57,470 nt of DNA from NCBI GenBank assembly GCA_000708835.1, contig DF237521.1:1-57470 (forward strand), in the 5' to 3' direction. This document shows, in pieces, positions 46,601-57,426 of the stretch; the stretch's first letter is position 1; each line of letters begins with the position of its first letter. The position numbers and the translations under genes were made by a program. The stretch comes from Klebsormidium nitens. Its lineage: Eukaryota; Plantae; Klebsormidiophyceae. Below the pieces are notes generated by a model. That model had not been told where the DNA came from, searched no databases, and was given only the letters and a program-made list of their open reading frames with translations.

Positions 46601-49600
46601 ATGGCAGGGCCAAAGTTGACGGATGAAACGACGAGAAAAAAGGCGACGCCTAGCCTCTCCGCTGCGGTTGATCACAACGGAAAAGCAAGAACGGAGAAAT
46701 GCTTCGGCAAGAAAACAAAAAGAGAGCGACAGACTTTCCGTCCTGCACTTTTGCTTGAGGAAGCGTTAACCTCAGGCGCTGAAAACACATGAGACGAACA
46801 CACGAAGTCGTTTCCCAACTGGGACAGTGCTAGGCTCTCGCTGTGCCGGCAAGTTGTTCAACCACAACCACACGATACAAGAAAGGGTCTGACATTCACC
46901 TCGGCTTGACTTCTCGATCGAGGAAGTCTTGCTCGGGACTGCCTGCCGCGAGGTTGGGGGCCACGTTCTTCAAAAGCTCCGTGATCTCCGTCACCAGTGA
47001 CCTTTGGAGCTTTGCCTGAGCGGTTTCAGTGTCAGAGTCCGCGAGGGTGCGCCAGTGGGGGGGATCGGCCCACAGGATCTCCAGTCGGAGGAAGATCTGG
47101 AGCGTGTGCCTGGCGGCAGGGTTAGGAAACAGGTTAGCGGGGAGTGAGAGGGGTCAAGTACTGATGAGGGTGTTCGGAGTTCGGGATCAGAGTCTGCAAG
47201 TGTGCGCTAGTATTAAGGAGAATCGGCCCTCAGGATCTCCAGCCGGAGAAAAGATCTGGAGCGTGTGCCTGGCGGTAGGGTTAGGATACAAGTTAGCGGG
47301 GAGTGAGAGGGTTTCAAAGGGGTTAAGTACTGATGAGAGTGTTCGAAGAGTCGGGGTCAGTGTCCAGAAGTGTGCGCTAGTGAGGAGGATCGGCCCAAAG
47401 GATCTCGAGCAGGAGCAAGAAGATCTGAAACGTGTGCCTGGATGATAAACAGGCGGATTAGTAGGGTTGAGAGGGTTCGACAAGGGGTCAAGGAAAGCAT
47501 AACGAGAAAGGGAGGGTGAGGAACTGAATTAAACCACGGAAACAAGGGTTGATTCAGGTTTGAGAAGCAGAGCTTAGAAAGACACGCAGGAAAGTCGGAG
47601 CGGACTTGACGAGGAGTTAAGCAAATAAGTACAGAAATGGAGCTGGTCCATAGACACGAAGGTCTGACTCAGGTTCAAAAAAGAAAGCTTTGACAAAGGA
47701 GCGGAGAAGTCGGAGACAAATAGAGCAATGACGCCCATCGACCTCTTTGAATTCGTAACTGCCAGGTGAATGTAACAGGACGGGCTGTCATGACGACTGG
47801 GAACAGGACTGCGATGAACACGACTGAGCACAAGCACCAGGTTCAGTCATCATCCATGGTTGTGAACTTCATTCCAGATTGCTTTCTGACCTCTTGGGAA
47901 GCGGATGCGACGCTGTAAGAATGCTCGAGCCCCTTTCTGACGAGGCGAAATATGTTCTTCACAATACTCCGCCCGTCTGCCGTGAGAACACTTCACCAAA
48001 ACAAGACACACAAATCTACTTCCGCCAATGAGCGAGCTCCCATCTTCCGAATGACACAAAATGACTTGCTTCTGCTTTAGACATGGGCGCATCACTTGCA
48101 AAGGGCTCACGCTGAGAGTCACTCACTCCCTGATCTTGTCGTCAACCGAGTATCCTTCCTTGTTTTTCCCGCTGCTCCCTTCCCCTGGCACTCGGCACCC
48201 CACGTACTTCTTCGTCAGCTTTTTGGGGGGCAACAGAAACAACCGTTTCAAATCCTGGCCCACCCTCCCTCCCTCGGATCCAGCCTTCACGACCCCCCCG
48301 TTTGCGAGCGGATCATATACCACAAGCGCCTGCGAGCTGTCTCCGTGGTTCCCACCCCCCCGCCCAGACGGACCTTCCTTCTTGGGGGGTCCACTTGCCC
48401 CTCCCTCCTGCCCCTTCTTTATGAGAACACGTCCTGCTTTCCGGACCACCTGCCTCGCAAAGTCCGCAGCACTTCCTTCCGTTCCCCCCTTTGCAAACTC
48501 TCGGGCCTGTTCCTTCAGACCCTTCAGGACCGCTTCCGGATCTTCCTGCGCTGGCGACAGATGGCCCCTGCCGCTGGCTGCGTGGCCACGACGTCTGCTG
48601 ACGTCAGCGAGCGGCCTGCCCNNNNNNNNNNNNNNNNNNNNNNNNNNNNNNNNNNNNNNNNNNNNNNNNNNNNNNNNNNNNNNNNNNNNNNNNNNNNNNN
48701 NNNNNNNNNNNNNNNNNNNNNNNNNNNNNNNNNNNNNNNNNNNNNNNNNNNNNNNNNNNNNNNNNNNNNNNNNNNNNNNNNNNNNNNNNNNNNNNNNNNN
48801 NNNNNNNNNNNNNNNNNNNNNNNNNNNNNNNNNNNNNNNNNNNNNNNNNNNNNNNNNNNNNNNNNNNNNNNNNNNNNNNNNNNNNNNNNNNNNNNNNNNN
48901 NNNNNNNNNNNNNNNNNNNNNNNNNNNNNNNNNNNNNNNNNNNNNNNNNNNNNNNNNNNNNNNNNNNNNNNNNNNNNNNNNNNNNNNNNNNNNNNNNNNN
49001 NNNNNNNNNNNNNNNNNNNNNNNNNNNNNNNNNNNNNNNNNNNNNNNNNNNNNNNNNNNNNNNNNNNNNNNNNNNNNNNNNNNNNNNNNNNNNNNNNNNN
49101 CGTCTGCTGACGTCAGCGAGCGGCCTGCCCGATCCCGGCTGCCTCGCTTGCAAATCTTCCTGCGCTGCTGAGGGAAGGCCCCTGCCGCTGGCGGGGGGTG
49201 CATGACGCATCCGCTCGTGTGTGCTGACGTCAGCAAGCGGCCTGGTGCCCGATCCGGGCTGCCTCGCTGCGGGACCCGCAGGAAGCCGAGGGGGTCTCGC
49301 CGGGGGGGCCTTGGGCACCTGGGAGGGTGCGGCGGTCCCTCCGACAGCTTGCTGGCCGAGGAGAGCCGCCACCTGGCGCCCGCCGACGCGGGACTTGAAG
49401 CTGCTGGGAACTGGTCTGGCCACCTCTGTGAAGGAAACGAGGAGAAAATCGGACGATGCTGCGCGTAGGAGTGGGGCGACAGGTGGAAGCCTGAGGATGT
49501 CCAGTTGTTCTGGGGGTGTGGACATCAAGAGCATGCGGTTCACAAGGTTTCTACAGACAATTTAAAGTGGACCATGACTCTTTGCAGGCCAAGCACTCTG

Positions 49601-51721
49601 CAAGCTTGGCGGACATGGGGGGCATCCACTGAACGCACTGTATAAAAGGATTTTGTCAACACCGTCATAAAGTTGGCAGCCAAAGCAACCCCCCTCCGCG
49701 TCATGACGTGCAACAGGTAAGAGAACAGGTGATTTTGCCAGGGGAACATTCACCTAGCAAAATCACAATTAAGGACAGTCCCTGCTTGCAATGCAGGACA
49801 CCTCAGCCTTCCACTTACTTTGCCCTGCCGAGGCGCTCTTGTTCTCAGACCTCTGAGGGCCTTCCTTTCGTCCAGACTCCGCCTCCTCTTCCTGAGGCCT
49901 CAGTGCCTCTTCCCCCTTCTCCACTCCTTCCACTTTCTCCGCTCCCTCCACCAACTCACTCTTCCGCCTCCGCTGGGATCTCCCAGCCGTATCCGTACCC
50001 TCCCTCGATCGTCTGTGCGATCCTTTAGACCCCTCTGCACGTTCCTTTGACCGCCTGCGCTGTGAGTGCTTCTTGCCTCCCCCACTCTGCCAGTAGTCTG
50101 CCTCTTTCCCCCCCCACCGATGGCCAGGCAACAAAATTTCCGCAGCAAGCGGCAGCTTCTGAGTCTGGGGGAGCTCTGCCCTGCGCTCCACCACCTGCTC
50201 TCGGGGGGCCTCTTCCGGAGCTTCGGAGCAATCTTTGCCTGGAAGCGCCGCCAACTTCCGCTCTAGCTCAAACTGGGCTTTATAGGCCACATGCATCCTG
50301 CGGATCTTCTCAGCGACCGCGTCGACAAGTTGGCAGGAGTCCGCTTTCCAGGCGCTCTCTGGGAGAAATCCAAGCTGCATCTGCGCCCAGCCCAAGCGCT
50401 TGTCGTGGCGCAGGGTCAACGTTGCACACGAAGGACTGCAGGGCTCCAAAATGGCTTCAAAGGCAAACGCCTCGTCCTCAACCTTGAGGAAGAGGACGCT
50501 GTGGTGATCATTTAGCTGGCAGAGAACGTCTGCAAAGTCAGCAGCAGCTTGGCCTCCACCTACGCTTCTGAGGGCGTATCGCTCCTGCCGATCCAGATCC
50601 TTCCTTGGAGCTTGATACCACTTCTCACAGGAAGCCGACGTGCGGAGGAGAGCAACTGTGGCACTTGGGCCGAAGACCGCAAGAGCGGGGGGTGGCTTCG
50701 GACTGCTGTTTGGAAGCTGCTGAAAGAGCTGGGTTGATATTTCACCAAAGAAAGCATTACAGACTGGGGACTCTGCTACAGGCTTGACTGGAAGGCCAAA
50801 GAGAGCGGGCAGGGTGGCAGAAGCGGGGGCAATGTCACCACCGAAAGCAAGTGCCTGTAGGGGAATCGTCCAGATCCCCGCACCTTGTGTCACCGACTCT
50901 AAGTTGTCTATGCCTGCATCCTCCGCCGTTTTGCCATGCCCCTCTCCATGTGCCACCGCTGTGTTCACAATAAGGAGCTGAATACCGCGCAGCTTCGCAG
51001 CCTCTTTCAAAGCCCCAAGAGTTTTCCGGTACTCTCTTTCTTCCCCTGGGTTATCCGGCGAACCTCCAACGAAAGACTGCGAAGCAGCAGGAGTGGCTGG
51101 CAAAGCTGTGAAGATCAGTATGAGGTCTTCCTTGAGGGACGTCTGCTCTCCTAGACTGACAGTTACAGAAGATTCCCCATCGTGTGTTTGAGGGGGGCTT
51201 TCCGGAAACTCGTCGGTGTCCCATGGGAAGACTAAGAGGGCTTCCCTGATTGGGGCACTGATATGCTTCCACTTCGAAGGCCATGAATGTGATTCGCTCA
51301 CTGCTTGGATTGGTGGTGTAAGCTCTCTAACTGCCTGGTGGAAGCTCTCATAGGGGGCACTAGTATCTTCCTTTACTTGCAAAGACTCTACTAGAACCCT
51401 TCCAGACTCATCCTTCAGAATGGGCTTGGGCTCTGGGATGAGTGGGCGAAATGTGGGTGTTTGTAGAGCTACCCGCTTGAGCTCATTGTTGCATTCCCGT
51501 AGCCTTCGCTCATAGCAGACGGAACTCACGCTGCTGTCAATGAACTTGGACCCCCACCATACTCTCCTGCTCACGTCAGTGAAACCCCACAGGACCCTGT
51601 CTATTGCACTGCTGATCTGGCCAGCAATGCTCGGCGACTGCAGGAGAGCTGCATTGGTGTCGACAAAGAAAAGTACCTTCTGTGCGCGCGTTTCAGTCAG
51701 TGGTCCTGACAGTCCTGCCAT
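40609..51721 (-). CDS. TICRR: Treslin/TICRR (Sld3)-like replication initiation factor, roughly 2500-2800 aa
   Basis: N-terminus KVLFFVDT...VWWGSKFIDS and IREALLVFPWDTDEFPESP resemble the Treslin N-terminal domain. HTLQIFLRLE...VTEITELLK...FLDREVKPR|YGSKLPDVLNHVY (exons 47109-~46900 and ~45800-45548) resembles the Sld3/Treslin domain. A ~4.46-kb terminal exon is disordered and S/T-P rich. An E2F site lies upstream. Small exons at 47750-48000 and the part crossing the N gap are uncertain. Confidence 0.78.
41750..42190 (-). repeat. Coding tandem repeat, exact 54-bp (18-aa) period, at least 8 units
   Basis: Plus-strand anchor g(c/t)(t/c)(c/t)tcgtt at 41753, 41807, 41861, 41915, 41969, 42023, 42077 and 42131. 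Protein consensus is about TPVGKETRAEGxAExAAA. Degenerate units continue on both sides. Confidence 0.92.
45105..45257 (+). repeat. Dispersed intronic repeat family, copy 3
   Basis: Aligns with 36010-36180 and, in the core, with 18590-18700. Confidence 0.7.
47040..47460 (-). repeat. Three-copy tandem repeat (~160 bp) including the start of the LQIFLRLE exon
   Basis: On the minus strand, ccag|gcacacg.t.cagatctt...ctggagatcct copies start at 47437, 47268 and 47109 (real). The upstream copies are frameshifted or stopped. Confidence 0.88.
48622..49100. other. Assembly gap (479 N)
   Basis: Run of N. An identical 30-mer (cgtctgctgacgtcagcgagcggcctgccc) lies on both sides, at 48592-48621 and 49101-49130. 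Confidence 1.
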
Positions 51722-51943
51722 CCTCAACAGTGGGGAAAAGAAACATGGAGGGAAGGACTCAAGGGTGACGCCCTTCCTGCAGATTCAATCTGGCTAAAGC
51801 CCAAGATCATCTGAAGGCTTGCATACCTAAGTACATGGCAGGTTGAGCAAATTGTGTACCTACCACTACGCTACCTACTACCTACCTACCTGCCAGCACA
51901 GCCTGAGGTTGTAGTACTCCAGCCTGAGAGTCCACATGCAGTC

Positions 51944-51955
51944 TTCCCGCCAAAA
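51944..51955 (-). promoter_or_regulatory. E2F-binding site (TTTTGGCGGGAA)
   Basis: Canonical TTTGGCGG-type E2F element about 220 bp upstream of the Treslin-like ATG. E2F sites are typical of replication genes. Confidence 0.6.
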
Positions 51956-52708
51956 AACAAATGCTGGCGCGACGAATCTGCGGCTACGGATATAAGAACC
52001 GTCCGATCGAGCACACGACACCCCAACCGTTCGATTCCCCTTAGCCCGGCAGCAGCCCCCGGTCAAGGCAAACCCGCCAGCTAGAGTCGGTTAGACGCGA
52101 GCTCGCGGCAGGGAGACCGAACGCGTCACGACGCGCCATTGCAGCGGAATCCAGACGCCAGCTGGTGAATACATCCGCTCAGTGCTCACAATTCAACTGG
52201 TTGAAATCTGTTCGGAGGATCAAGCCTCAGCTGGCTGCATCTACCTGTAGGCTCTGCCGCATAGGGAAGCCCCAGGGAGTCACTCACATAATGGCACATT
52301 GAAATATGATTCTGGTCTTGGCAGTCTTGGCAAGCGAGCCACGTCAATGACTCGGCGTCCTCAACAATACTGATACTGATTACGCACGTGTATACAGCCC
52401 AATTGCTCATGCTCTGGAGAAGCGGCTGGACTTCGATGTTCTCTCATACTCTTCAACATTTCAAAAAGAGTAATTGGTAAGCCCTAACGAAGGCATTAAG
52501 CTTGGGGTTTGATGATAACAGCCACGACATGGAATACAACCTTGCTCTCTTCGTGATTCCTGTAAGAGTCTCTACTTTTGCGTTCCCTCCTGAGCCGCGT
52601 GCCTGTATGCGCAAGACAAAGCGACAAGTTTGACCGCTCGCGTACGCATTCTTCTCTCCCTATCTCATCCCAAAGCCCTATTTAATCTACCGACGCCCAT
52701 CCAATTAC

Positions 52709-55572
52709 CTACAAGCTAGGCCTACTCTCCGTTTCCATACGACCTTCTCGCCCCTGCTCTCTACCTCCCGCTACTCCCGTCTTTCCCGCATATTCAGCCG
52801 CCGCAGCAGCGGCATCCCCCCGGTGCTTTGCGAGCAGCTCTTTTCGCGTCGTGTCCCAATCGCTCCCAGCCCAAGGAAACCCGTTGCATGCCGCAAGCAT
52901 CTTCGATTCCGTCCGCGTCTCGGGAGTGGCCCGCCCAACTAATGACAGGACCACTTGCTGCTTCTCCGGCAGGATACCTGTTACGCGAACCTGCACAGAT
53001 CCAGATTCGGACTTTGGATTCAGGAGATTGACAGAGGATCAGCGGCCTGGCCACTTGATGATCGTTTACGAGAAAGAAGCCACTCGCTGATACTTATCGA
53101 AGAACAAACCAAAGAAACCCTGAATCCTTGCCCAGATCCTCACGAGGTGGTGATGAGTCTTTTACCGAGGGCTTATGTCAGCAATTTCTGTTCCTGGCTT
53201 TAGCCGTTTCTCAAGACTTCGTCTTTAAGACTCGCGCTTTTAAGCAAACAAAAAGAAAATAGTGAATTCAAACAGATCTCTTCGGCTCAACAAACTTCGA
53301 GGCCACCAGATTATTAATAGTAGGGTCGCAGGAGGAAAATACAGTGATCTGTTTGTTCACTCAAACAAGGACCGAGAAGAAAAGAGCTGCCGCCGACTGA
53401 TGCGCTATTTCGGCAGCCAAATCCGGTAACCCAAGCGAACTCTCTCTTTTGCTGCACATCTTCTGCCGCTTGCTACTCGTGGCCTCAACTCGCATACGTC
53501 CACAACCGACTCACCTCGAGCGACTTCAAAACTTTACCACCTTCCAAGTCGCAGTTTGCGCAGTACTGACTCACCTTGAGCTTCACAGCATACAGTGTCC
53601 TCTCAAGTTCCTCCCTCGCTCGCGGCGCCTCCCCATCAAACCCTCCCGTCAAACCCTTCCGCTCCGCACTTGCCCCGTTCTTCCCTTCTTCTCGCCCACT
53701 TGTCGAAGGCTCGTCGGATCCCCCCTCGGGAGGAGACCACGAAAACATATGGGCGGGAATGAAGCCCTTCCAGGCCTGTCCGAGATCGACCACTGCGCCG
53801 TCAGGACCAACTTCGGACAGCTTTCCGACCAGTAGGCGTCCGATTTGGCTGACCCGCCGAACCTTGGCCTCGTCCGACTTTTTGGGGGTTGGGGGCGGGC
53901 CCGTCTTGGGCGGCGCCAGTGCCTGCGCAAGAGATTGTGCGTTGAACGTAAAAACGTCTGTGCAGATTCCAAGTCGGTGCTCTGCCTCATAGTCAGTTTC
54001 AGGCTGATGATTCCTTTGCCGGCCATCCTGGAAGTATATCTGTTGTCGCGTTATTGAAGTCGCCTTCGGCCCTCATTCTGCTGTTCTTGTATGGTTCGTT
54101 CTGCCGCAACTGGTAGAGACTCAGCAAAACTAATGTCTTGGCCTCTGTAATGTGTTGGCTACAACCAGAATGACGACTAACATGACCCAGCCGCCCTCCA
54201 TTTCGGGTATCTTGAGTCAGGAAATGGAGGATCATGTTTGCAGACCTTCTGTCGTCCTTTCAAAAACGCATGCCACTCAGAAAGACGCACGCCAACAAGC
54301 GCTTAACAGAGTTCGGCGGACTCCGACGAACAAAGCGGGGCACGACATAGAAAACTTCAGGGTGCAGAAACATGCTGCACGCACAACTGATCTCAAAAAA
54401 CGCCTTACAGCGTGGCCAGTTGTACGCCTGACAATTGACCAGACTACCTGGTTGGGAACCTCGTCGCCCCATTATTTTGCGCACTACGAACTTACAGCCT
54501 CACTCCGCATTGCTCAGCCACTCACTCAGCGACTGAAGGTCACGACCGCATCCAGCCTCTAGACCAACTTCACTCCACATTGCTACAAGAGATCCATTGG
54601 AGCACCACGAAAGATTTGAAACGTAGAAAGATTTTGAGCGCAAGCCAACCTAGATTCGAGTTGAAGGTCAAGATTACACAAAACCGCAACACCGCGCTCC
54701 CTTACCTCACGCCAGGCTTGGGCGACCATCTTGCGCAGGTACTCGTCGCGCTGGGCTGCGTCGGGTATCTCCACTCGTTTCTCCGACGTCGAAAGCCGCT
54801 CCAGGAACGAAAGGTTGACCAGGCCGCAGGCGGGGTCCAGGGATCCCTCTACTCGAACCTGCAATCGAGGAACTTATCATCGGTGCTCTTTGCAGGCCCT
54901 CACAGATTGCTCACCACGAAAACGGTGGAGTTAAGGAGAAGTCCCAGGATCCCCTACTTGAACTTGCATATAACGACTCGTCAGCACTCACTCGGTTTTA
55001 CCAACAGCTAGATGGACCCTGCAGCCGCACCCGCCGAGTTTGTCCCGGCTCGCTTCTGGTTTAGACGAGGTTTCTGCAAAGCTTTTGATGTGGGGGCCCT
55101 GAACCATGTTGCCTCTGGTCAACAGGCTGCATGGGAGTTGCAGAAGCTCAAACGCTCACAGCGCAGGGAGCGGCGTTGAGAAGCAAACGAAAACCATTTC
55201 CAGAGCCTCGAAGGAGACTTAGAGACACCAGACGGAATTGTCGAAGTCCGGACCGGACTCGAGAAACTTTTGGCCTGAAGAAACCTGAAGAACCTAAACT
55301 TGAAGAATCCTCAATCAAACGCATAGCACTGCAGACAAAGACGGGCGACTCCGACCAGACGGGAATAGCAAGCTGCCTCCTACCTTGATCACCTCCCCTT
55401 TGACTGCGCCTTCCATCGCTTTCCACCACCCGTCCGCTGCTTCCGGATTGTCTGGGGGCCTGACAATCCCTGGAAGGCCGATCCCGAGGTCTACCACCGC
55501 ACCCCGCCAGTGCATGCCCCAAAACATGCCCTGTACCTCTGCCCCCCTCGTGAGGAACTCCGTCCGGAAACC
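52709..55572 (-). CDS. Two S1 RNA-binding domains (exons 55572-55384, 54858-54706, 54027-53575, 52990-52709), probably the C-terminal part of the uS17 gene
   Basis: S1-like 1: GAEVQG...GAVVDLGIGLPGIV...GEVIK|VRVEGSLDPACGLVNLSF. S1-like 2: IGRLLVGKLSEVGPDGAVVDLGQAWKGFIP...LK|VRVTGILPEKQQVVLSL. All introns are phase 0 and all exon lengths are multiples of 3. I found no convincing independent start codon. Confidence 0.75.
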
Positions 55573-55950
55573 CTGCACGATCAACGAAGCACATGGTTGA
55601 GATTGACACGCCTTTGAAGAAATCTGCATTCCGGGACAAGGAACTAATATAGAAAGTCTGCAGGAATGATGTGGCGCATGGTCCGAAAACCCTGCACAAT
55701 CTATGGAGCACATGGTTGGATTTGATGCGCCTTCGAGGAGGCTTGCAATCCAAGCATTTGCAAGCGAGGAACTACTCTCGAAAGGCTGCAAGAACAATGT
55801 GGCGCCGTTTTGGTGTTTGGGCCTGCCTGATGATCTTGAGCCACCCTTCAACACAGTTAAGAGGTTCGCTCTTCATATTTTTCAATCTCAAGATCCCCCA
55901 GTCCAGAGGAAGGTTGCTTCGAAGAAGAAAATAAGGTAGCGAGTGCTCAC

Positions 55951-57167
55951 AACGACCGGCTTTGGAGTGAGCGGAAGGGATACCGCCTGCGCGGCCGCCC
56001 GCTCCGCTGCGTAATCAGAAGTGTCGAAGATGCGCTCCTTCTTGAGGATCTCCGAGACCACCCAGGCCTTGTTCTTGCTGATGGGCCGCGACGACTCAAT
56101 CTGGACCTGGAACAGTACAAATCGCCCATGCTTGAGTACAAAATGTGTGATTGGCTCTTATTATGTGTTATGTTTGCTGGTGACTATGTTCAAATGAAAG
56201 TGCAGAGCCTTTGTCCTAAGGATAGGAGTACCTCCCTTGAGCCTCTTGCCCGAAACCGCAGGAGTCTATCGGTCCTAACCACAGAAAGTCCTTGCTTTCT
56301 GGCAACCCCTTGTCTTGCCTTTGACCACCAGCTTTGTGCCCTCAGTCAAAAGAAAGGATACCACTTGAACTTTTCTGATGGAAGGGCGCTTGACCACATT
56401 CACCACTGACAAGGTGCTCATCCGTACCAATCACGACTACTCGACCAAACAGTAAGCAGATTCATTGACACCACCGATTGAACCCAGCAATGTGCACTTC
56501 TCTCCATCAGCAGCAATGACAGAAGGCGAATTGCTCAGAACTGCCTGGATTACCACCGATCGTACTGGTGCTCAATGCAATGTTGTGGTGTAACAATTCG
56601 CAGATATATCACGCCGGCGTTTGCAGCATGGTCTGAGCAACGCTATCCTTTGGAGGAACCACTAACCAGTGCTCCTGGTCAACTGCAATTTTGTAAAGCT
56701 TTGTGCACCTACACTGTAAGGCCACAGCCGCGACGCTAAAACGCATTCACACAATCCAACTCTCCTGCCACTCCACAGAGTACGGAATCACCACATTCTT
56801 CCAGATCCTGGTCGATGGTGAATCTAAAGAAGCCGTGAGCGTAGTGAAAGCCCCGGGGTAGCACCAGACGTGGTGTCTATCAAGCACTTAACCAAGTTTG
56901 GTTGAGCAGGCGGATGCACCACCCTGTCCACCAAATAGAGGGTAATGCCGCGGACGATAAACGCAAGCTGCAGTCGCAAAGGTTCATTCTCTTCACCTGA
57001 TCGCCCTCGTTGCAAGCCTGCAGCTCGTCGTGCGCCATGAACTTCCGGGAGGCGCGCACAAAGCGGTGGTAGCGCGGGTGCCGGAAGAAGTGATCGACCT
57101 TCACCGTCACCGACTTCTGCATCTTGGTGGAGACGACAACCCCGACAAACCTGGACATAGCCCCCAT
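55951..57167 (-). CDS. rps17: Organellar (mitochondrial-type) ribosomal protein uS17 portion (exons 57167-56997, 56106-55951)
   Basis: FVGVVVSTKMQKSVTVKVDHFFRHPRYHRFVRASRKFMAHDE...CNEGDQ|VQIESSRPISKNKAWVVSEILKKERIF is a uS17 signature. There is no transit peptide, as in plant mitochondrial uS17. If the following intron is retained the ORF stops at 55888-55890 (129 aa). Confidence 0.92.
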
Positions 57168-57426
57168 GGCTGAGAGGTGAGGCCTAACAAAGCGCCCCCA
57201 AAGTCTGTGTGTAGGCGACCTTCTACCTAGTAGTAGTACTACTAGTTGAAGGATGAACAATCTGAGGACACCACGCTCATCAGCTGGAGACGTGGGACTC
57301 CTATACCTGGCGATGGTCGCCGGAGCGCGGGTGCCAAACCGCACGGCGGCCCCTGGGAGGCGGCGACGACCTCGACTTACGAGGAATTATACACCCTTTT
57401 TACCCCGCACGCGGCATGACCCGTAG

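Noticed and set aside
48061-49543. ORFs containing long X runs
   Set aside because: Artefacts of translating through the 479-N gap.
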